Part shown: positions 37,208 to 46,200 of the stretch, piece by piece
Position numbering within the stretch: position 1 is the first letter of the stretch
How the letters are laid out: every line of letters begins with the position of its first letter
IMG/VR virus record: IMGVR_UViG_3300042484_002006
DNA length: 64,000 nt
Strand: one strand, 5' to 3'
DNA from: a virus
Notes under the pieces: generated by a model
The model's database searches: none
What the model was told of the DNA's origin: nothing
The model's input: the letters and a program-made list of their open reading frames with translations, nothing else
Made by a program: the position numbers and the translations under genes

Positions 37208-38104
37208 ATGGCATATATAAATAGAGGCTTTCCTTCTCACGGAAGAAAAAGTAGATTTACTGAACCAATTTGGGCTAGTCAACTAAAAGATTCAGTACTC
37301 CAATCTCCAGGCTACCGAAGACTGGATGAGAATGGCGTAGAAGAAATATATTCCGGTAATCTAAGCTATCTTGAATTTATAGGTTTAGTTAAAAAAGTAT
37401 GGGAAGAAAGTTATCCGACAATACCAATCTTACCCAGTGGCATAAATAGAGAAACTAGTAGTACGTATTCAGATACTATGGCATCTAGTACACAAGTTAG
37501 TGAAATATCTTCTTCGCCACCATCATCAAGTTCTGGATTAGCATCCTTAGATGAATTCCCAGCAATTATTGTTTATTCTTTGGAATTAAGAAAAACTCAT
37601 ACTACAGAGCCAAAGCCTAGAATGAGACAAAATGTATTGGAAAATACGGTAACAGTCTATGGTCAAAAATTCCAAAATATAGTTTCATTTTCAGTTCTTA
37701 CAAAAGTAGGAACATTCCAGAATAATAATATTACGACAACCAGAGATGACCTTGACGCGTCAGTTCTATCCGATCAAGTCATAGAAGCCTTTGAAGATTT
37801 TATGTTGGAATATACTCCAATTTTCAAAGCTGCGGGTGTTTCAGAATTAGTTTATTCTAGAAGACTTTCCGATTCGGAAATAAATAGAGATGGTAAAGAT
37901 CTCCATAAAAGAACCGTAACCTACATGCTAACTACAGAAAAAACATTTGCGATTAAGAATGACAGAATTCAGCAGATCGCCGTGGATGCAAGAACTTGGA
38001 TGGCTTACGAGAAGAGTATTGTTGAATCATTGGCTACACCAAATTTTGAAGATGTGACTATAAATATAGTTGACTTAGAACAATCTGCTACTCCAAGCGA
38101 CTAG
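37208..38104 (+). CDS. Tail terminator/completion-like protein
   Basis: Position upstream of the sheath; FPAIIVYSLELR, QKFQNIVSFSV, EAFEDFM pattern. Confidence 0.55.
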   Translation: MAYINRGFPSHGRKSRFTEPIWASQLKDSVLQSPGYRRLDENGVEEIYSGNLSYLEFIGLVKKVWEESYPTIPILPSGINRETSSTYSDTMASSTQVSEISSSPPSSSSGLASLDEFPAIIVYSLELRKTHTTEPKPRMRQNVLENTVTVYGQKFQNIVSFSVLTKVGTFQNNNITTTRDDLDASVLSDQVIEAFEDFMLEYTPIFKAAGVSELVYSRRLSDSEINRDGKDLHKRTVTYMLTTEKTFAIKNDRIQQIAVDARTWMAYEKSIVESLATPNFEDVTINIVDLEQSATPSD

Positions 38105-38165
38105 TTAAACCTATATATTTATCTTGAGATAAAATCTTTGTGAAGTTGTTTTTATAACTTACCTG

Positions 38166-38175
38166 TTACTATAAA
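38166..38175 (+). promoter_or_regulatory. TACTAT-type putative late promoter (sheath/tube operon)
   Basis: TTACTATAAA about 42 nt upstream of the sheath ATG. Confidence 0.55.
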
Positions 38176-38217
38176 TGAAGATTCTAAAAGATTCCTAATC
38201 GGAGGTCTAAAAATAAT

Positions 38218-39489
38218 ATGGCTATACCTGGAGTAACAACCTTAATAAGAGATCGTTTTTACAGTGTGTCGAGACAAGATGCACCTGTTGGTCCGAGAAT
38301 TGTCACCATTGCAAAGCGCAGCACAGCTGACGGTACTGGTGGGGTCCCCGACCTTGACGTAGTTAGAGTATCGAACGAAGCTGATGCAATCACCGCATTC
38401 GGTAGTGGATCAGACGCACACCGTGCGTTTGTTGAATTGGTCACCGCTGGCGCTGAAAGAATTTTCATTGTCCCGCTTCCAAGTGATACAGTATTTGACC
38501 ACACACTATGTACAGTAACAAGTGCAACTTTTGGTGGATCTGTTTTTGATGCAGCCTTCATTGCAGCAGAATCAGCAGTCCCCGACATGATCATTCCTTG
38601 GGGTCGTGGCGCAGAAGCAAATGACTGGAACGCAAATGCTGCCACGCCTAGTGATGACAGAGAATATGGCTTCCACGCTGATAATAACAGCGCCTATGCA
38701 ACAAATTGGGCCTACAAAGTCGGAGTTGCCGTTAAGTCAATTTCAGAAAACACAAATCCCTGTTTAGGAATCATGGGCGTTAAGCCTTTCTTGGCAAGTA
38801 CGACTCTTGGTGGCACTAATACTAACGAAAGAATGACACCAAGTCAAACAGCGACAAAAATTGCCTTGTCAGGATTGCCAGACAGAGACGCAGGCGACGC
38901 CTGGAAGTCAGTCGGACCATACATTTCAATTATTGCCACTGAAATTAAGCCAGTTAATTACAAGTCGGGAACAACAGATTTTGGTTACTCAAATGGCGCA
39001 GCATTCTTGGCAGCTTCATTGAGCAGACTGCCTTCGTATAGTTCAGTGGTCAATAAACCACTTTATAATATCGAAGCTCTTCGTTACGCCCCCACAAGAA
39101 CTCAGCAGCAAGCCTTGAGTGCAAAGGGAGTTAATACTGTTGTTCTCAACTTTAATAAAGTAGCAGTATTTGGTGAAGGTTTGACATTCGGTCAGACAAC
39201 ATCAGACTACACGCGTTTGTCAACAAAAAGAATTGTTGACGAAGCTTCTCTTGTCATTAGACAAGTTTGCCAGAAGTTTATTGGTGAGCCATCGAACATT
39301 CAAGTTCGCAATGCGATGGAAACAGCAATTACTTCCGGTCTAAGAGGAATGCAGCTCATGGGTGCTTTATTGGGAAGCGATTTTACAGTTTCGTATGTTC
39401 CCAATCAGAATAAAGCGATTGTTGACCTCATTTTAACACCTGCCTTCGAACTTAAAACAATCGAAGTCCAGGTAGCCATTAACTTATAA
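38218..39489 (+). CDS. Major tail sheath protein
   Basis: MAIPGVTT, AITAFGSGS, LSAKGVNTV, RLSTKRIVD, FIGEP, LTPAFELKTIEV; GGAGG RBS. Confidence 0.9.
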   Translation: MAIPGVTTLIRDRFYSVSRQDAPVGPRIVTIAKRSTADGTGGVPDLDVVRVSNEADAITAFGSGSDAHRAFVELVTAGAERIFIVPLPSDTVFDHTLCTVTSATFGGSVFDAAFIAAESAVPDMIIPWGRGAEANDWNANAATPSDDREYGFHADNNSAYATNWAYKVGVAVKSISENTNPCLGIMGVKPFLASTTLGGTNTNERMTPSQTATKIALSGLPDRDAGDAWKSVGPYISIIATEIKPVNYKSGTTDFGYSNGAAFLAASLSRLPSYSSVVNKPLYNIEALRYAPTRTQQQALSAKGVNTVVLNFNKVAVFGEGLTFGQTTSDYTRLSTKRIVDEASLVIRQVCQKFIGEPSNIQVRNAMETAITSGLRGMQLMGALLGSDFTVSYVPNQNKAIVDLILTPAFELKTIEVQVAINL

Positions 39490-39514
39490 TATACCGATTG
39501 GAGGGTAATTCAAA

Positions 39515-40192
39515 ATGGCAACTGAAGATTATACATCAGTAAATAAATACCTAAATACCTACACCACCTTCTCAGGTGCAGACATTGTAGCCACTTTTGG
39601 CGGAATTGAAATTGGTGCTCTTTCGGGCATTACTTTCTCTGTCACCAGAGAAAAAGCTCCCATTTATACAATGGGTTCACCTAATCCTCGTTCATTCTCA
39701 AGAGGCAAAAGAGGTATTGCAGGCTCATTGATTTTCACAGTTTTTGATCGCCCAGCGTTGTACACAATGTTGGACAAGAACCGTGCAAATGGTGACCCAA
39801 CACAGGTCTTCTACACAAGAAGTCATAATGCACTTCCTGGTGATACCGCTTACAAGTATCGCGGAATAGCTGATGTTAATGATCAGGCTCTCAGTGTTGT
39901 AAAGAAAGTTCCTTACTACGCTGACCAGATTCCTCCCTTTGATATTACTATCACATTTGTAAACGAGTATGGCCAAGCTGCCGTTAGATCAATCTACGGT
40001 GTTGAACTTTTGAACGAAGGTTCAGGCGCCTCGATGGATGACATCGTCATTGAAGAAACAATGACTTATGTTGCTCGTGAGCTCGGCCCGATGTACACAA
40101 TCAAAACAGATGGTCTCATCGACAACGCTGACGTCGATGCTCTTGACTTCATTCAGTCAAACGCTCTTAAGTCAGATATCATCAGACCCTGA
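39515..40192 (+). CDS. Major tail tube protein
   Basis: Follows the sheath; TFSGADIVA...ITFSVTREKAPIYTMG...RGIAGSLIF; GGAGG RBS; terminator downstream. Confidence 0.85.
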   Translation: MATEDYTSVNKYLNTYTTFSGADIVATFGGIEIGALSGITFSVTREKAPIYTMGSPNPRSFSRGKRGIAGSLIFTVFDRPALYTMLDKNRANGDPTQVFYTRSHNALPGDTAYKYRGIADVNDQALSVVKKVPYYADQIPPFDITITFVNEYGQAAVRSIYGVELLNEGSGASMDDIVIEETMTYVARELGPMYTIKTDGLIDNADVDALDFIQSNALKSDIIRP

Positions 40193-40216
40193 TAGAAACT
40201 ACTCTAGGTTGACAGG

Positions 40217-40254
40217 TGTGCACGGGGGATCTTCTCCCGTGCACATTTCATTTT
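40217..40254 (+). terminator. Intrinsic terminator after the tube gene
   Basis: TGTGCACGGGGGA-TCT-TCTCCCGTGCACA followed by TTTCATTTT. Confidence 0.85.
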
Positions 40255-40268
40255 AAGGATAATAAATA

Positions 40269-41003
40269 ATGACTAAAATTTTTACTGGAAAACCAAAAAT
40301 TATTGTTGAACCGCCACAAGACAGTGAACCTCGTGGTACTTACGATCCTAAATCTTCTTTTCAAAACATATCATTTTCAGGCGCAGATGCAGTAGCGACA
40401 ATGATTATACCAGTCATAGGGGAAGATGGAAAAATCACTAATGATGGCGATGTTATTGAACTAGGCGAACTGCAAACATTGTCATATTCAATACATAGAG
40501 AAAATTCGCCTATTAGAACTCTTGGACACGTAAATGTAAGAGGCTTCATTAAGGGTGGCAGAACAATAGCTGGAAGTTTAATATTTACCGTATTTAATGA
40601 GTATGCGTTCTATAAAATTAAAAAATATAGAGAACTACTCGCAAGAAGAAATGGTTTTTTTGCTCCTTTAGCAGACATGCTACCCCCATTTGATATAGTA
40701 ATTTCTTTCTTTAATGAATATGGTCAATCTGCCAAAATGAAGATATTCGGCATTACTATTGTAGATGAAGGTCAAACAATATCAATTGATGACTTAATTA
40801 CAGAACAGACATACACCTATATGGCTCGTGGAATTCAACCAATGGTTAAGATGGATATTAGTTCTGAACTAGACTCAACTAGAGATCCAGCAGTAGTCCA
40901 AAGAGATGTCCAAATATCTAGAAATATATTTGGTGATGAAGCAGTAGATAAAATATCTGAATTTTATAATCAAAATATGATAGAACGTATCGTGAGACAG
41001 TAG
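40269..41003 (+). CDS. Tail-tube paralogue 2
   Basis: SFSGADAVA...LSYSIHRENSPIRTLG...RTIAGSLIFTVFN...LPPFDIVISFFNEYGQ aligns with the major tube. Confidence 0.85.
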   Translation: MTKIFTGKPKIIVEPPQDSEPRGTYDPKSSFQNISFSGADAVATMIIPVIGEDGKITNDGDVIELGELQTLSYSIHRENSPIRTLGHVNVRGFIKGGRTIAGSLIFTVFNEYAFYKIKKYRELLARRNGFFAPLADMLPPFDIVISFFNEYGQSAKMKIFGITIVDEGQTISIDDLITEQTYTYMARGIQPMVKMDISSELDSTRDPAVVQRDVQISRNIFGDEAVDKISEFYNQNMIERIVRQ

Positions 41004-41009
41004 GTAATA

Positions 41010-41975
41010 ATGCCAGATCCAAGATTGGATAATAAAAAGTTTTGGAAATTTGATAAAGAATATGATCCATTATCAAATCACATAGATAGAGTCTGGGCCG
41101 GTAGAGCGCCAGATAATGATAAAACTTTTAATAATTACTATGATTATTACTTTAGTGGAGAAGATGTAAAAGTATACATTGATGGTCTTTTTGGGCCAGA
41201 AGACGAACTAGATATTGCCTCCTTTGCATACTCGGTAAGGCAAGAGAAGCAACCTGTCTACGGATTCTGGTCATACAATTATGATACCGTAATGCTGGGT
41301 TCTAGAATTATTAGTGGCGAAATAACTATATTTACTAGATATCCACGCAGAATGACAGAACTATTAGAGAAAGCAGCAAAGTCTCGAGTTACGAATAAAG
41401 ATGTTAGAACACCAAAAGACACAATTATTTCACGATTAGATTCACAACTTTCTTCAGATGATGAAAGTAACATAGAAAAATATTGGGCTTACAGTCAATT
41501 GGATAGAATAACTTCTGACCCAGCAGTTTCTGGATTTGACACTAAAAACCTATTCAGCGCACATCCACCATTTAATTTTGTTATCTTGTATGGATTAGAG
41601 GAAACAGCCCTAAGTCCATTTAGCGCAAATGCGTCTGAAGATACAAGTACTTCTAGTTATTTGAATAACCAAATGTCCTTTGATGTTAACCAAAGAAGTA
41701 TTAAAATGGATAATAAAGTCAGCCCAATGAAAATAATACTCCAGCAAGTCAACTTAATGAATATGTCAACCAACTATAGCCCAGGTGGGCAACCCGTTGC
41801 CGAGAGCTATCAATTTATAGCTAGAGATTTTTATTTTACTGAAGCAAAACTTGATTTCATAAAAGGAATGTCTGCAAATAATATTTCAGATTCTGACGCA
41901 CCATCTAACGCTAATCCTGGCTCGCCCACGCAGGAGCAGGTAATGGGTGATCCAAACACAAGTTATAATGGTTAA
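41010..41975 (+). CDS. Tail-tube paralogue 3 (more divergent)
   Basis: YFSGEDVKV...FAYSVRQEKQPVYGF...RIISGEITIF...HPPFNFVI. Confidence 0.75.
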   Translation: MPDPRLDNKKFWKFDKEYDPLSNHIDRVWAGRAPDNDKTFNNYYDYYFSGEDVKVYIDGLFGPEDELDIASFAYSVRQEKQPVYGFWSYNYDTVMLGSRIISGEITIFTRYPRRMTELLEKAAKSRVTNKDVRTPKDTIISRLDSQLSSDDESNIEKYWAYSQLDRITSDPAVSGFDTKNLFSAHPPFNFVILYGLEETALSPFSANASEDTSTSSYLNNQMSFDVNQRSIKMDNKVSPMKIILQQVNLMNMSTNYSPGGQPVAESYQFIARDFYFTEAKLDFIKGMSANNISDSDAPSNANPGSPTQEQVMGDPNTSYNG

Positions 41976-41991
41976 TTTTAGTGATTTATAA

Positions 41992-42020
41992 TTGAAAAAA
42001 AAGTAATTTTATGATATTAT
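41992..42020 (+). promoter_or_regulatory. Near-consensus host sigma-A/70 promoter
   Basis: TTGAAA-17 nt-TATTAT with extended TG; AAGGAG RBS and ATG 31 nt downstream. Confidence 0.65.
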
Positions 42021-42051
42021 GTACTGATACATACTAAGGAGAAACATTAAT

Positions 42052-42600
42052 ATGGCAAATGAAAGAAAAGTAGTAATAGCAGATACCCCAGAGGATATCA
42101 AAAATTTAGGCTTTGATGAAGCAGTCACATTGGCGACAACTGATGACCCAGATGTCATGGATGTAAGAGCCCAAGAAGCAATCGAAGAATATGATCTTCA
42201 AATTGAAGCTGAAGAATCAAAAGATATTGAAGATCTGGCGGATGATGTAGAAATTTGGGACGGTGGCCCCAACGCTGGAATGATTAAAGAATGGAAGCAG
42301 TATTATGGAGATGTCTATGTAACATCCATCTCTTACGATAAGCACATTGTTTGGCGAGTACTAAATCGAAATGAATACAAGCAGATCGTCAAGAAAATGG
42401 AACAATTAGTTCAGGGTGGACAGCTCACGTCAGCTGAAGCTAACATGTGGAACGAAGAAGCTATCACTGAACTTTGCGTGCTTTATCCTAAATATGATAA
42501 AAAAACAGCACTTGGAGTCATGGCTGGTATGCCGTCTCTTATTGCTCAAGAAGTACTCGAAGCTTCAGGCTTTGTTGCCCTTGAGGTTAGACAACTCTAA
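42052..42600 (+). CDS. Tail assembly chaperone
   Basis: IKEWKQYYGDVYV...VWRVLNRNEY...GMPSLIAQEVLEASGF; position before the tape-measure-like gene. Confidence 0.7.
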   Translation: MANERKVVIADTPEDIKNLGFDEAVTLATTDDPDVMDVRAQEAIEEYDLQIEAEESKDIEDLADDVEIWDGGPNAGMIKEWKQYYGDVYVTSISYDKHIVWRVLNRNEYKQIVKKMEQLVQGGQLTSAEANMWNEEAITELCVLYPKYDKKTALGVMAGMPSLIAQEVLEASGFVALEVRQL

Positions 42601-42604
42601 TTAG

Positions 42605-43228
42605 ATGCTAGGTAGCCAATTAATTTTTGATCTTAAAAATAGATACGGTAATATCTATTCTGTTAATATTAAAAATAAAGATGTAGTTTTTAGAGAACTG
42701 ACATTTAAAGAATATAATCAAATTCTTTATTACAAAGATCTAGAAGACTTCTCTTCAGCAGATGTTGAAGATTTAGTTCTAGAATTCAGTATTGTTTATC
42801 CTGAAGATTTTGATATTGCTCGAATACCTCCTGGGAATGTTTCTTCTTTAGCCCAGGAGGTATTAGACATTTCTGGATTAACTTCTGCCAGATTAGCTAA
42901 AAGAATCCTTCAGGAAAAAAGAGAAGAAGCAACAGAAGTTAAGAATTTAATGAAAGCCTTTGTTCTCGCTACTATAAGTACATACAGCCCAGAGCAATTA
43001 GATGAAATGACTTTCTCTCAGTTAGCAGAAAGAGTTGCTCTAGCTGAAAAAATAATAGAAATTAAACAAGGCATTAATGGCATTGAATCTACTAATCTAA
43101 CTCTTCAATTAATAGATCCTGAAGAAGAATTAGAAAAGCAAAAGATGCATGCAGCAAGACACAATGCCTCCAAGATGCCAGGCGCATCTACATATGATGA
43201 TCCTATTGCTCAAAAGCTATGGGGATAA
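42605..43228 (+). CDS. Tail assembly chaperone paralogue with C-terminal extension
   Basis: LKNRYGNIY...VFRELTFKEY...GNVSSLAQEVLDISGL aligns with the previous ORF. Confidence 0.7.
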   Translation: MLGSQLIFDLKNRYGNIYSVNIKNKDVVFRELTFKEYNQILYYKDLEDFSSADVEDLVLEFSIVYPEDFDIARIPPGNVSSLAQEVLDISGLTSARLAKRILQEKREEATEVKNLMKAFVLATISTYSPEQLDEMTFSQLAERVALAEKIIEIKQGINGIESTNLTLQLIDPEEELEKQKMHAARHNASKMPGASTYDDPIAQKLWG

Positions 43229-43245
43229 TAATCTAAGGAGTTAGA

Positions 43246-46200
43246 TTGATACGCGATCCAGGACCAATACAAAACTTAGGGTATGGCGTAACATCTAGAG
43301 ACTTGCCCGCTACTGAGGGCGAATCTGATGGCGTAGCGCCAAACTCAGGTATGGTAAGCCGTGCCTTAAATGGGCACCCCATTACAAGGTTCTTGGCCTC
43401 AACTGCATCTGTCATGGTTGCCGCAGGAGTCGCATCTAAGTTAACTAAAAAGGGTGGACTAAAGCTAGGAAAATTCCTACAAAAATCTGCTGACTCAGGC
43501 AATGGGGTTTCAACAAGAGTAGTGCAAAGCGCTCTTCAAATTCGCCGTCAATTAGACGAGCTACAAGGCGTCAGCAGGTATGTCGACAGTGGCGAAGATT
43601 TATACAGTAAATTAGTTGCGTATGATAATTCTGGAAAATTAACTACAGGTTATCATGGAATGGTCAGTGAAAGAGCTGGGTATCAATATCTAACCAAAGA
43701 AGAAAAGAACCTCGCAGGATCTGGATTCCTGACTGAACCTACAGCAGTTTGGTCCTATAAAGACCAACTACAGCAAAGGTTAGTTAGAGCTGGACGCAGA
43801 ATGCCGTATGAATTGCCAGCAATGTACGGCGCAGAAAAAGCAATTGTTGATCCACTTTTCGGTAATCGTGAAGAAGGACAAAGAAAAATAAAATGGTATA
43901 ATCCAGCAGACGTAATTACTGATTTTACTAAATCGTCCTTGACAATGATGGCGACAATGATTGCTCCATTCGAAGCTCTTGGAGCTGCAGCAGGAGCTGG
44001 TAAAAGTTCATTAAATAATCTTCGTTATTCAATGAATGATATGCGAAATCTAACTCCATTTAATAAAAAAGTACGCAAAGGGTTTGTTGATATAACAGAA
44101 ACTTTAGCAGATGTTGGTCACGACTTCGCTACACTAACTAATAAGTTTTTAAGAACTTCAGCGCAGACTTCTGGCGGACTAAGCGTTGCCACAAAAGCTT
44201 ATACGGAAAATCAACAAGGATTTGTACAAAATCTTCACAGCTTAAGACATGGCGTTAAAGCAGCACGCGATCAACAAATTGCCCAAGGAGCATCTAAGGA
44301 AGCTATTAGAAAAGCTGGCTCAGGTGCTTTCCTTAAGGGATTTACGGATTCATCTGGAAATACTTCATCTGGAATTACAGAACTTCCTCCAGTTTTTAGG
44401 GGCCTAAGAAAGGCTTTTGTTGCCGGTAAAGATGAATACAAAATTCTCGGCAAGGGATATGATGCCCTAGAGAATTCAATTGCACACTCCAGAGTATTGA
44501 AGGCAATGGGAGGTACCCCCGAACATGCACAAACGCTACAAAACGCAATGCAAAGAATTCAATCGCAACACTCCAGTAGATTATCTAGTTTTGCCACTGG
44601 TGTTAGGGTCATGGGAGGCGGAGGTCCAGGAGACTCAGCGGTTACTAGATCTGCATTTGGTTATGGCCATCAACACGACGCATTTAAGGATCTATTAGAA
44701 AATCAATTAATTTCACGAGGCTTAGAAGGAAAACAAGCTAAGCAATTTACCGACTATCTCAAAGTATCATTGCCTAAGCAGAATATGCACAGCACCAATA
44801 TAATAACTATTGGTAAAACTAAGATATATGAAGATGGTGCGGACGCAGTAGATCTAAGCGATGACTTTTTTGCAAAAATAATTAAAAGATATCGTGGAAT
44901 TTCTGGTGGAAAAAGTTTTGATGATGTAATTAAACCTGATGCACTTAGAGCTTCAGTCGAAGACGCAAGAGATATCTTTGCATCAAAAGAATTTCAAAAA
45001 GGTTTAAATAATAAAATACAAAAGAATTGGAATAAATTCTATAGAGATGATTTAACCACCGTTGGTGGCGGAATGCTCAAGCCGATGAAGGCTTCCTACA
45101 ATGATTTTATTGGCCCACAAACAGCAGCTAAAACGGAATTCCTACAAAGAAAAACAGCTCAGACTCTAGGTATCAAATTAACAGACGATGCCGGAAGGCA
45201 AGTATCTAATGACGTTATTGCCGGAGGCTTAAGAAATCGTGGTTTTGACCCCAATGCGTTTACTGATCTAAGAGCATTTTTAATTAAGAATCGTCAAATG
45301 TCTTCTGGTGTTATTGGCGGAGGATACAACTTATTTGGAATGAAGTCCCTAACAATTGACGAGGCTCGTCAGTCTGGGCGCTTCACGCACATGAGGCCAG
45401 ATGAACAAAAAATAATTCATGACTTAGCTTCACGAATGGCCATTAATGATCCAGTTTCTAAATCAATTGGATTCAGTAAACTTGATGGAGTATATCAATC
45501 TAGATCAGGTCAAATATTAGATTTTACATCAGTTAAATCTACGTTCACTAAAACGGCAAACTTTTTTGCTTCAGAATTTAAAATTCCTATATTAGGTTTT
45601 AATCCAGCTGACTTATTTGGTTATAGATCATTCTCAGAAATGGCCAACAGATCCCCATTGCAGTATGTTTCTTCTAGAACCGTACAGCCATTTATGCCCG
45701 AAGGAGCTCAGAGCAAAGCAGACTTCCATATGTGGTTTAAGACCAAGGGCACTAAGGGTAAATTGATGTCTTTTAGGACGGACAATCTGTCTGACGCAGT
45801 CCATAGTACAGTGATGAATGGTACATATAGAGCACTTCCAACTAACACTACAGACTTACTCACTAGACACACGCGCTACGCATCAAATATGCAGGGCGAA
45901 ACAATTAATGAGATCAGAGATTCAAGTGGTTCAAAATTCCTAGATAGAATTCTTGGCGGAGAAAGAGCAATACGTTTCAAGAGAAAAATGAGTATTGACT
46001 CTGAACAGCCAAACTCTTTATTTAGTTTAGCTTCTAGATTTAAAGGTCGTTCAAGTGATGTAAATAATCATGGAGTTATGTCTCGATTATTATCTGGGGA
46101 AGATGTCAAATATAATTCTGGTGGCAAAGAAAAAATAATAAAATTATCCGTAGGACAGAATAAAGAAATTGGTGTAGTAGATAATTTTGGAAATATAGTA

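Noticed and set aside
42416-42604. Programmed -1 frameshift at GATAAAAAAAC joining the two chaperones
   Set aside because: The alternative frame stops at 42604, before the 42605 ORF, so no fusion is possible
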